From a virus (lineage: Duplodnaviria > Caudoviricetes): DNA of 53,002 nucleotides. The notes under the pieces were generated by a model, which was given only the letters and a program-made list of their open reading frames with translations, was not told the origin of the DNA and searched no databases. The position numbers and the translations under genes are program-made. The stretch is from positions 1 through 53,002 of the IMG/VR virus record IMGVR_UViG_3300027881_000018; one strand, written 5' to 3'. Below are positions 1-8,533 of the stretch, piece by piece. How positions within the stretch are numbered: the stretch's first letter is position 1; each line of letters begins with the position of its first letter.

Positions 1-42
1 GTCTACAGCAGAGGCCGTCAAGTATATTGCGGCCCCCCCCCT
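1..42 (-). other. Probable cos-proximal genome end (downstream of HNH)
   Basis: Minus strand ends with a G-run then CCGCAATATACTTGACGGCCTCTGCTGTAGAC; the other end has TTTTGCGTAGTCAAATTTGAACC plus a G-run; this resembles the HNH-cos-terS junction of HK97-like phages. Confidence 0.5.
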
Positions 43-303
43 CTACTCTTCCTGCTCCACGTGACCAGTGATGTCGAGGCCAAGGTCGGTGTCATCGTCC
101 CCCTCCTCGGCCTGTTCCTCTGGCTCTGGCTCAGGTTCGGGCTCTGGCTCGGGCTCCGGTTCTGGCGTTGGGCCAGCCACCTCGTTCTCAAGATCCCACT
201 GTTCCTCGCAGTAGGCTCGGCGCTCCTCGGATGCCTTAAGCCGCTGTCGGACGTTCGGGTCATTCATCAGGCGCTCGATGAACTCCATTTTACTTTCGCT
301 CAT
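43..303 (-). CDS. Acidic hypothetical protein with (PE)n repeat
   Basis: 86 aa ORF, AAGGAG RBS upstream, PEPEPEPEPEPEPE tract. Confidence 0.6.
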   Translation of the reverse strand: MSESKMEFIERLMNDPNVRQRLKASEERRAYCEEQWDLENEVAGPTPEPEPEPEPEPEPEPEEQAEEGDDDTDLGLDITGHVEQEE

Positions 304-327
304 GTCGTTCTCCTTGGGTTGGTCTTG

Positions 328-699
328 TCAGGCGGTGGGCTTGGCATGGAACCTACCTCCCCGCCGTGGTGTGTCTAGTCTCGCCGTCTTGCTTGAGTGA
401 CACGGCTTGCACGCCGCTCTCAGGTTGTGCCACTCGTTGGTACCGCCGTCGGCCAGCGCCAGCACGTGGTCCACCTCTGTAGCGGGTGTGCCGAGCCTGC
501 ACTTGCGGTTGTACGCACAGTTCGGGTGGGCCTTGAGGTACGCCGCCCTTATACGCTGCCAGTGGATGTCGTAGCCGCGCTTACCCGCGCTGGGCCTCTG
601 GTCTGGTTGCTTCGGGTATGGGTGTCGATCGCAGCGACCGCCCGCTACAAGCGTGGTGCACCCCGGATAGCTGCATATGGTGACCGCCTTAGTGGGCAT
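328..699 (-). CDS. HNH endonuclease (terminase-associated, HK97 gp74-like)
   Basis: MPTKAVTICSYPGC...RGYDIHWQRIR...ATEVDHVLALADGGTNEWHNLRAACKPCHSSKT; last major gene before cos. Confidence 0.9.
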   Translation of the reverse strand: MPTKAVTICSYPGCTTLVAGGRCDRHPYPKQPDQRPSAGKRGYDIHWQRIRAAYLKAHPNCAYNRKCRLGTPATEVDHVLALADGGTNEWHNLRAACKPCHSSKTARLDTPRRGGRFHAKPTA

Positions 700-794
700 C
701 ACATCATTACCAGCAGGCCGCGGGCCAGCCAGTATCCGTGCCACATCAGATAGGCGAGCAGCAGCAGCGCTAGCAGCAGCCCGATCTTCTTCAC
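699..794 (-). CDS. Small membrane peptide (31 aa)
   Basis: GTG-start KKIGLLLALLLLAYLMWHGYWLARGLLVMM; stop overlaps HNH ATG (TGATG); below ORF-track cutoff. Confidence 0.45.
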   Translation of the reverse strand: MKKIGLLLALLLLAYLMWHGYWLARGLLVMM

Positions 795-797
795 GAC

Positions 798-1418
798 TTA
801 CGTCAGGAAGTCGACGTCGGCGTCGTTGAGGTTGAACGTCCCGTCAGAGGCGAACAGCTCCTCGCGGATCTGCCAGAACCTTACGTCCTGATCGCCTTGG
901 GTTGTCAGCGTTATGCCGCTGAACGGTGAGGCAGCCTTGGTGGCCTGCACCTCGAAGTCGTCTGCCGTCTCGTTGCCGACGTAGTAGATCGTCCCCTCGG
1001 ACAGTCCACCCGGTGCCGTGCCGCCGATGAACACCACGCCGTCGTCTGCTACCAGACCGTGCGCGGGTGCCTCGATGGTGTCCCCGGCTACATCCACAAC
1101 GTACCGCATTGGCCCGACGTCACCAGCCTGCTGGTTGGGCACCATGCCCATGAAGGCATCCGGTGACGGTACCGTGTCGTAGTAGCCCACGAACCGAATC
1201 GTGTTGCCACTCGGCACGCTGAACGACGGTGCATTGCTCGAGTTCAGCGCGGCTGATGCGGCGGCGTTCCACGTGATCGCCTGTCTGGCATACGATCCGC
1301 CGGTGACCTCGTTCGTGCCGGTGAGGCTGAATGCCGTGTGCAGGCTCACCTCGTCAAGCAGTGCGGCCAGTGCGTCCAGCATGGCCTCAAGGCCGGTGTC
1401 AACAAAAGCGTTAGCCAT
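798..1418 (-). CDS. Putative virion structural / fibre-associated protein
   Basis: LHTA...NEVTGGSYARQAITW motif seen in phage minor structural proteins; inserted AHGL...LSEGTIYYV beta domain; strong RBS. Confidence 0.65.
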   Translation of the reverse strand: MANAFVDTGLEAMLDALAALLDEVSLHTAFSLTGTNEVTGGSYARQAITWNAAASAALNSSNAPSFSVPSGNTIRFVGYYDTVPSPDAFMGMVPNQQAGDVGPMRYVVDVAGDTIEAPAHGLVADDGVVFIGGTAPGGLSEGTIYYVGNETADDFEVQATKAASPFSGITLTTQGDQDVRFWQIREELFASDGTFNLNDADVDFLT

Positions 1419-1434
1419 CTTTCTCTCTCCTGTC

Positions 1435-1794
1435 CTACGTTAAATTTACTGCGAAGCTGATCCAGCCCCGATTCGTCACGGCCTCCCTGCCGGTGCTATC
1501 CGTCACCTTGCACTCGTAGTAGTAGTCCCCTTCGAGCGCCTCCGTGTTCTCGTCCGTGATCGTCACCGTAAGCAGACCGTTTGCCGCATCCGTGAAGATC
1601 ACGCTCGCGGTGGGCGGTGACGCCTCCGAGTCGATGTCGATGGTCGTCGCCCTCGGCTTGCGGGCCATGGCGAAGCGGCCCGATGCGCCCGACAGGTTGA
1701 CGATCGCGTCGTCATTGTCCCTCACGGTTATGGGCAACACCAGCTCGTCGCCGGACATGGCCGGAAAGGATTGCATTGCTGGTGCCTGACCCAT
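1435..1794 (-). CDS. BppU-N-like Ig-fold adaptor protein
   Basis: GDELVLPITVRD...VNLSGA...DAANGLLTVTITDENTEALEGDYYYECKVTD pattern. Confidence 0.6.
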   Translation of the reverse strand: MGQAPAMQSFPAMSGDELVLPITVRDNDDAIVNLSGASGRFAMARKPRATTIDIDSEASPPTASVIFTDAANGLLTVTITDENTEALEGDYYYECKVTDSTGREAVTNRGWISFAVNLT

Positions 1795-1803
1795 GCGCGG
1801 ATA

Positions 1804-4800
1804 CTACACCGGGTCGGCCTCGCCATCTAGCGTGACGGTCGGATCGAACAGACCGGTGAGCGGAGCGTCAGGGTCGAACACGCCGTCGAGTCGGCACGTC
1901 AGGTCGAACACGCCGTCCAGCGGCACGACCCGCGCTATGGTTCCGGCCACGCCGACGAAGAAGTCCGTTGCTGGTCGCAGCGCGAATCGGTTGAATGCTA
2001 TCCCCGCAATCGACTTCTCGCCGTCGTTCTCGGGCCGTATGGCCAGCCTTGCCAGTATCGCGCCTGCGGTCGTCTTGGCTGCGGCGTCGGTTGCCCTCAG
2101 CGCCATTGCCGTGCGGGTGGTGCCGATCTTGGCGAACGTGCGCTCGGTACCCGACCTCAGCGCCAGCGACGCGCGGGTCGTGGCGTTGACCACGAATCGC
2201 AGTACGCCCGTCGCCCTGACCGCCACAGATACGGCAGACACGGCCCCGACGATCTTGGCCGCTGCCTGCGCGGGCCTCGTCTGAACCCGAGCGAGCGCGA
2301 CCTGCCCGACCGTCTTGGCACTTGCCGCGGCGTGCCGCACCGCGAGACTCGCGCTCACGGCGGCGTTGAATACCGCCTCTACGATACCCGCCACCGTGGA
2401 TCTCAGCGCCAGTGATGCGACTGCCACGGCCGCGACTGTCTTCTGTGCGGTAGTCGTGGCGCGCACGGCCAGCGAGCTGGCAGCTATTCCGGCGGCGACC
2501 TTCTGCGCGGCCTCAGCCGTCCTCACGGCGAGGCTGGCGGCGCTGATTCCTATGCTCGTCTTGGCGTCTGCCGTGGTAGAGCGCAGCGCGAGGCTGACGG
2601 CCGATATGGCGTTGAATATGGCGGCAGGAATAGCCGCGACCGTCGCTCGCACGGCGAGACTGACCGCAGATACAGCCGCGATCACCTTGGCCGCGGCGGA
2701 GCTCGCCCTTAGTGCCATGCTCGCGCTCGCCGCAGAGGCAGCCGTCTTGGCCGCGTCCGTGCTCTCGCGCATGGCCATGCTGTCAGTCGCCGTGCCGTCT
2801 GCCGCCTTATCGGCTGCCGAGAGTGAGCGCAGGGCAAGCCGGAGGGCGCTGACGAAGCCGTGGACGGTGACGCCCTCAGCAAAAGTACGCACGGCGAGGC
2901 TGACGGCTGCTACCTGAGCCACAGTCTTGGCGGCGGCGTCGCTTGCTCTGAGCGCGAGGCTTGCGGCGGCTGCGGAGGCGGTCGTCTTGGCCGCGCCGGT
3001 AGTCTCACGCAGCGCCACGCTCACGCTCGACACGGCCTGAAAAACAATTCCGGCTACGCTTGCCAGCGTCGAGCGCAGGGCCACGCTGACCGCTGACACC
3101 GAGCTGATCGTCTTGGCCGCCGCGTCACTGGCTCTGGTCACCATCCTCGCGAACGTCGTCCCCGTACTCGTCTTCGCGGCGGCGTCACTCGACCGCAGCG
3201 CCATGCTGTCCAGCGCCACTCCTGCCGCCGTCTTGTCAGATGCCGAGAATGTGCGCAGCGCAAAGCGGGCAACGGCGACGAAACCGTGAACGGTAATGGC
3301 CTCGACTATCGTCCGCAGCGCGACGCTTGCCTGAGCTACCGCAGGTACCGTCTTGGCGGCCTCCGCTGTCGGCCTGAGCGCCAGCCGCATGACGGCGACG
3401 AAGCCGTGCACGGTCGTAAATGCAGCCAGCGCCCTTATGGCGAGGCTGACCGAAGACGCCGACGGCACGGTCTTAGATCCAGCAGAGGCGTGCCGCATGG
3501 CAAAGCGCGCGACGACGACCGCGTTGAATCCGCGTACCCCGTCCTGCAGGGATCGCAGCGCCATGCTCGCGGCGGCTACCGCGTCGGCGACCTTGCTCCC
3601 AGCCGTGCCGGTGAACAGCGCCACCCTTGCTACCGCTGCAGATGCCGTCGTCTTGGCCGACTCGTCGAGGGCGCGAACGCCAAGGCGCACGACCGACACG
3701 GCCTCGATGACCTTTAGCCCTACCGCATCGACGAGGCCGCGCAGGGCCACGCTGGCGGCAGCTATTGAGCCGATAGTCTTGGCAGCCGCCGAGCTGGATC
3801 TCAGGGCCATGCTGTCAGCCGCTATTCCGGCTGCGGCCTTGTCGTAGGACGACGCGGATCTGAGCGCGAACCGAACGACAGCGACGAAGCCGTGAACGGT
3901 GATCGCCTCTGTGATCGTCCGCAGCGCGACCCTCGCCTGAGAGACGGCAGTCGTCGTCTTGGCCGCACCTGAGGTCGGCCTGAGCGCGAGTCTCACTGTC
4001 GCGACGAATCCGTGCGTCGTGGTGAATACGCTCAGGGCGCGCAGCGCCATGCTGATCGAGGCTGTTCCCGGCGCAGTCTTAGCCGCCCCTGCGGCGTGGC
4101 GAAGCGCGAACCGAGCGATTACGACCGCATTAAATCCGCGTACTCCGTCCAGCGTTGATCGCAGCGCGAGGCGGGCGGCAGCGGCTGCATCGGCTACCTT
4201 GGCGGCCGCCGTACTAGTAAACAGCGCGAGCCGAGCGAGGCTGACCTGAGAGACCGTCTTCTGAGCGGCGTCCGTTGACCTGAGCGCCATGCTGTCTGCT
4301 GCCGTGCCTATGGCAGTCTTGTCTGAGGTAAAGAATGGGCGCAGCGCGAGGCGCACGACATTGACGAAGGCGTGGACGCTAATTCCATCGACGAGGGCGC
4401 GCACGGCGAGACTCGCCGCCGCTACCTGAGAGACCGTCTTGGCCGCCGCATCACTGACCCTGAGCGCGAGCCGGGCGATCACCGCCGAGGTCGTCGCCTT
4501 GGCCGAGGCTGTCGTCTCGCGCATGGCCAGACTCACGCTTGAGATCGCGTCGAATACTGCCGCAGCGGCGGCGTCTACGGAGGCCCGCAGCGCCATGCTC
4601 ACAGAGCTAATCGCCGCGGCTACCTTGTTCGCTGCGGTCGAGCTGCGCGGCGCGATCCGGCCTATAACGATGCCGTCCGCGGCCTTATCGTCTGCCGTAG
4701 TAGATCTCAGCGCGAGTCGAGCCCGCACCGCCGCAATGAAGGCCCGGATGCCATCGACCGTAGATCTGAGCGCCATGCTGACACTCGATACGGATGCGCT

Positions 4801-5058
4801 CGTCTTGGCCACCGCGTCTACCGGCCTGAGCGCGAGCCGAGCCAGTGCCGTGTCCACGACCGTCTTGGCCGAGTCGTTCGCTGCATTGAGGGCCATGCTG
4901 GCGGCCCCGACCTGCGGCATGGTCTTATCCGCGTCGTCGCTTGCCCTCGTTGCCAGCTTGGCCGCTACTGCGGCGTTGAAGGTCGGCGCGGCAGGGGCGG
5001 TCGGTAATATAAAACCCACGCCGAGCCGGCGGCGCCTGACCGGCCGCTTGACCCACAA
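1804..5058 (-). CDS. Long Ala-rich ~20-aa repeat protein (putative fibre stalk)
   Basis: 1084 aa, almost entirely [S/R][L/M/V]A[L/V]R-x6-K[T/A] repeats; C-terminal GVFD/GLFD repeats; TTG start uncertain. Confidence 0.75.
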   Translation of the reverse strand: MWVKRPVRRRRLGVGFILPTAPAAPTFNAAVAAKLATRASDDADKTMPQVGAASMALNAANDSAKTVVDTALARLALRPVDAVAKTSASVSSVSMALRSTVDGIRAFIAAVRARLALRSTTADDKAADGIVIGRIAPRSSTAANKVAAAISSVSMALRASVDAAAAAVFDAISSVSLAMRETTASAKATTSAVIARLALRVSDAAAKTVSQVAAASLAVRALVDGISVHAFVNVVRLALRPFFTSDKTAIGTAADSMALRSTDAAQKTVSQVSLARLALFTSTAAAKVADAAAAARLALRSTLDGVRGFNAVVIARFALRHAAGAAKTAPGTASISMALRALSVFTTTHGFVATVRLALRPTSGAAKTTTAVSQARVALRTITEAITVHGFVAVVRFALRSASSYDKAAAGIAADSMALRSSSAAAKTIGSIAAASVALRGLVDAVGLKVIEAVSVVRLGVRALDESAKTTASAAVARVALFTGTAGSKVADAVAAASMALRSLQDGVRGFNAVVVARFAMRHASAGSKTVPSASSVSLAIRALAAFTTVHGFVAVMRLALRPTAEAAKTVPAVAQASVALRTIVEAITVHGFVAVARFALRTFSASDKTAAGVALDSMALRSSDAAAKTSTGTTFARMVTRASDAAAKTISSVSAVSVALRSTLASVAGIVFQAVSSVSVALRETTGAAKTTASAAAASLALRASDAAAKTVAQVAAVSLAVRTFAEGVTVHGFVSALRLALRSLSAADKAADGTATDSMAMRESTDAAKTAASAASASMALRASSAAAKVIAAVSAVSLAVRATVAAIPAAIFNAISAVSLALRSTTADAKTSIGISAASLAVRTAEAAQKVAAGIAASSLAVRATTTAQKTVAAVAVASLALRSTVAGIVEAVFNAAVSASLAVRHAAASAKTVGQVALARVQTRPAQAAAKIVGAVSAVSVAVRATGVLRFVVNATTRASLALRSGTERTFAKIGTTRTAMALRATDAAAKTTAGAILARLAIRPENDGEKSIAGIAFNRFALRPATDFFVGVAGTIARVVPLDGVFDLTCRLDGVFDPDAPLTGLFDPTVTLDGEADPV

Positions 5059-5072
5059 TGTTCTGCGCGTAG

Positions 5073-5579
5073 CTATGCCGACCCCGTAAGGCCAATCATC
5101 GCGCCAACCTCAAAGGTCAGCGATACTGACGGCGGCCATACCATCCTGAATCCGATCCCGCTGGTGGCAGGCGAGATAATCAGCGGCGTGCCCGTATCGG
5201 CCCACGTCCAGCGCCAGCCACTGGCGAGATTGAAGGGCCGAGCGCCGCCGAGTACGTCCGTCACAGGTGGCGGCGTCGACCATCCGTCAGCGTCCACGTT
5301 AATGCCGAGCATCATGCCTGCGCCGACAGGATTGCCTAAATCGAGTGCTTCCTGAGTCATATTGCTGCCGCCGCTGCCCTCAGATGAGGTGCGCACGATC
5401 TCCATTGCATTGTTCTCGTGCAAGAAGTCGGTGCCTCTCGGAGAGAACCACAGCTCATAGACTAGGATTACCGTGGCGTTGGTGGGATTAGAAAAGCTCA
5501 TCAGCACCTCGTCGGTGCCGATCTGCCTTACGATTGACGCGTTACTGCCGAGGTAATATCGCGGCCCGGACGGAAACAT
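5073..5579 (-). CDS. Hypothetical beta-rich virion-associated protein (paralog B)
   Basis: 168 aa; shares MFP start, NAMExVRxS, DVLGG.xPFNLAxGWxWxW and IGFR with neighbour. Confidence 0.7.
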   Translation of the reverse strand: MFPSGPRYYLGSNASIVRQIGTDEVLMSFSNPTNATVILVYELWFSPRGTDFLHENNAMEIVRTSSEGSGGSNMTQEALDLGNPVGAGMMLGINVDADGWSTPPPVTDVLGGARPFNLASGWRWTWADTGTPLIISPATSGIGFRMVWPPSVSLTFEVGAMIGLTGSA

Positions 5580-6064
5580 TACCCACCTATTTCAAGAATT
5601 GTCATTCCAACGTGGCAGTTCATAGCCGTCGACAGCGGATCGACGATCCTGAATCCGATGCGCCCTGAGGGCGAGACGACTATCGGCGCTGACTGTGTCC
5701 ACGACCATTGCCAGCCCGTCGCCAAATTAAAGGGCGTGCCGCCGCCGAGAACGTCGCTCACCGTCGGCTCGGCTGTCCAGTCGCCAGCGTCTATAGCCAG
5801 GCCTGTGGCGCCGGTAGCAGGGTCACCGACCTCACGCGGCTCGAATAAGATCGTGCTGCCGCCAGTACCGTCGGTCGATAGGCGAACCATTTCCATGGCG
5901 TTCGGCTCGTTCAGATCATCCTGTCCGATGATGGCGAACCATGCCTCAAGCACCATCAGAATCGCGTCGCTCGGCGCGCTGACGCGGCAGATCACCTCGT
6001 CGGCGAGCAGCGACCTCGAGAACGTCGGGATCTCGCAGTCGTACATTCTTCCAAAGGGAAACAT
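5579..6064 (-). CDS. Hypothetical beta-rich virion-associated protein (paralog A)
   Basis: 161 aa from MFPFGRMY; TAATG coupling to next gene. Confidence 0.7.
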   Translation of the reverse strand: MFPFGRMYDCEIPTFSRSLLADEVICRVSAPSDAILMVLEAWFAIIGQDDLNEPNAMEMVRLSTDGTGGSTILFEPREVGDPATGATGLAIDAGDWTAEPTVSDVLGGGTPFNLATGWQWSWTQSAPIVVSPSGRIGFRIVDPLSTAMNCHVGMTILEIGG

Positions 6065-6065
6065 A

Positions 6066-7799
6066 TCAGTAGTACCTCGCTCCAATTTTATGCTGCAACA
6101 AAAATCCCGGGTTCATCTTGACGCCGGCGATCAGCACTTTCTCATTGTACTTCTGCACGCCGCCGTCGTCATAGACATAAGCCATGACAATTGGTGGTGG
6201 TGAGTAATAAACCTTCATTTGCATAGAATCAATCTGCGTCTTGCTCACAAATGTCGTGTTATTAGTAGAGCCACAAAAGAAGCCAAAATTTGAGTTAACA
6301 ACATCGTCGCGTCCTATCAATTCAGACCACAAATCAAGCTGCCCACCAAAATCAAATGTTTGCGGGGTTGCTACTATTGAAGGCGATGTCTCGGTCACGC
6401 TGCCATCTGAATCATCGGCTAAAATAAGCTTTATAGTCGTAAAAATGTGACCACCACCAGAGTGATCGGGGGCACTGACATCCTCAAATCTTATTTCTAT
6501 TCCAGTTATAAAGCTGCCTACTGGAATACTAAAATTAAAATTTGACGCCGCTAATCCAGAACTGCTTTCATTCTCGCCTAAAGCACTCGTTGTTTCCGCT
6601 TCGCTACTATCATCAGCCTTGCAATTATCTACATTAGACCAATCGGTATCGGAACCCGCAATCGTCCTGTTGCCAACCATCGTGCCGGGAAATACCCAAC
6701 CAGTATCAGTGGGAGCTGCATTCGAATAAATATTGGCTGATATGTAGTTGACGGTTATACCGTCTATTTCTTCTGTTGGGGTGTCCCATGTAGCGCCGTC
6801 GTCAGTGCTTTTTGTATAATAAAGGTCTTGATCTTCGCCACGAAGATCGCCGCCCGAATATAGTTGATGTAAATCTCCGTTTAACTCGATCCCGCTTAGA
6901 ATTGCGTTTTCCAGGGTGGAGCTACCATACCCCTGCCGATTGTCCGAAAGCGCCTCAATGTCAACACTGTCTAGTGATATGTTGTCCGAGCCATCTTCAG
7001 TCGCCAAGACATGTTTGCGCGGGCTTTTATTAGGACTAAAACTGAATGCGACGGCCATGACAATAATGCGTTGAGTCCCAGCATCATCGTAGGAAAGTGC
7101 GTGGGCCATTCCGGTCATCGTCAAATCACTATCCGCATCAGAAAGTGTAGATACAGTACTTAGCGTGTCGCTTGAATTTAATGTACGTCCTTCGCCATCA
7201 ACCCATCCCGTCGGTGGATCATCGGCAGTACTGATTTGAGTCTGCCAAACGCAATGAACAAAATCATTCGTGCCTAAAACACAGTTGGGGTTGCCGTAAT
7301 GAACATCCCCGCCCGCATCTAATGCAACCGGGCCACCCCAAGAACCAGATGTTCTTACGTTTACATCAACACGCTCTTTGGTATCGCCCATGTTCCGGTC
7401 GGTGTCACCAGCATAGACAACAACTACATCACCGTCTGAGCGGACTGCTATTGATGCCCAAGGGAAGGTAGGTGCATTGGTAGGCGTTTCTATCGCCTGA
7501 TCGACAACCCACGCATCAGTAGCCATGTTGAACGTGTAGTATTCATACGCCGCAGAACTCCACGCGACCATATGAATAACGTCGCCATCCTGAACGGTAG
7601 AAAAACCTAAGATGGTTCCCGCATGAACGGGATTGGTGCCCTGTACTGACCACGAATCCGTAGGGTCTGTGGCTTTGTAAACGTCTAGCTCATCGGCATC
7701 GGTTCGCACGACAGCATAAAACGCGCCGCCACTGGACTTATACGGCGGGTGATGCCCACCAAGACCCGCGGCAGCCAAAACTGTCGTTGGCAACGCCAT
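6066..7799 (-). CDS. Beta-propeller/BNR (sialidase-like) putative receptor-binding protein
   Basis: 577 aa; Asp-box YTKSTDDGATWD; repeated blade-like motifs; visibly AT-richer DNA. Confidence 0.6.
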   Translation of the reverse strand: MALPTTVLAAAGLGGHHPPYKSSGGAFYAVVRTDADELDVYKATDPTDSWSVQGTNPVHAGTILGFSTVQDGDVIHMVAWSSAAYEYYTFNMATDAWVVDQAIETPTNAPTFPWASIAVRSDGDVVVVYAGDTDRNMGDTKERVDVNVRTSGSWGGPVALDAGGDVHYGNPNCVLGTNDFVHCVWQTQISTADDPPTGWVDGEGRTLNSSDTLSTVSTLSDADSDLTMTGMAHALSYDDAGTQRIIVMAVAFSFSPNKSPRKHVLATEDGSDNISLDSVDIEALSDNRQGYGSSTLENAILSGIELNGDLHQLYSGGDLRGEDQDLYYTKSTDDGATWDTPTEEIDGITVNYISANIYSNAAPTDTGWVFPGTMVGNRTIAGSDTDWSNVDNCKADDSSEAETTSALGENESSSGLAASNFNFSIPVGSFITGIEIRFEDVSAPDHSGGGHIFTTIKLILADDSDGSVTETSPSIVATPQTFDFGGQLDLWSELIGRDDVVNSNFGFFCGSTNNTTFVSKTQIDSMQMKVYYSPPPIVMAYVYDDGGVQKYNEKVLIAGVKMNPGFLLQHKIGARYY

Positions 7800-8506
7800 C
7801 AGAGATACACTAAACCATCAGTTGAAATTACTTCCGAACCCGATGGCAATAAATCAAATAAGTCCTGATAACTCCTAGCTAAAGTTTGCTTATATACCCA
7901 GATCAGTCGCTGTGAACCACCAAAACCATTACCCGCATTCCGGGCATTGATAATATCCTGGTCTGTCCATGTGTCATCAACAATATTTTCATACACAACA
8001 ACAGTAGGCCAATTATTGCCTAAAGCTGAACGTATTGCTTGTCGTGATCCATTTGTTGCAGCATCTTCTTGTAACAATATTGTGTTTGTGCGCGGTTGGG
8101 CATCATATATGAAACTCATAATTTCAAGCCCACGGCCCTCGTCGGGATCTAACCCAGTCGCCGTTACTTCTGCGCGTAGTTCTGTTTCCTCTGTATTAGT
8201 CTTTTCCGCATTGATATAATCAGATATATCAATTCCTACAACTGTTGCTCCTGTCTCTGAGACAATAGCCTCAACGCCCCATCCAAATCCCGCACCAACT
8301 ACACAAACGTAATCAGTTGAAAGGATATTAAGAACAGGCTGTAATCTCGCCCACATAGAAGCAAGAACAGGCTTCATAGCCCACTTGTGATAATGGACTT
8401 TGAACTCTGATCTGCCTTCGCTCGGACCGGGGCCACCACCGGGCATGTAACGCTCTACACGCCATCTGTAGTTTAAGTCGTAATCTGCCTTAGTCCATCC
8501 AGCCAC
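7799..8506 (-). CDS. SAM-dependent methyltransferase-like protein
   Basis: VCVVGAGFGWG...VVGIDIS Rossmann motifs; AT-richer; GGAG RBS with GTG start. Confidence 0.55.
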   Translation of the reverse strand: MAGWTKADYDLNYRWRVERYMPGGGPGPSEGRSEFKVHYHKWAMKPVLASMWARLQPVLNILSTDYVCVVGAGFGWGVEAIVSETGATVVGIDISDYINAEKTNTEETELRAEVTATGLDPDEGRGLEIMSFIYDAQPRTNTILLQEDAATNGSRQAIRSALGNNWPTVVVYENIVDDTWTDQDIINARNAGNGFGGSQRLIWVYKQTLARSYQDLFDLLPSGSEVISTDGLVYL

Positions 8507-8533
8507 AGCGGTTTATCTCCAGTAGGGCGATCA

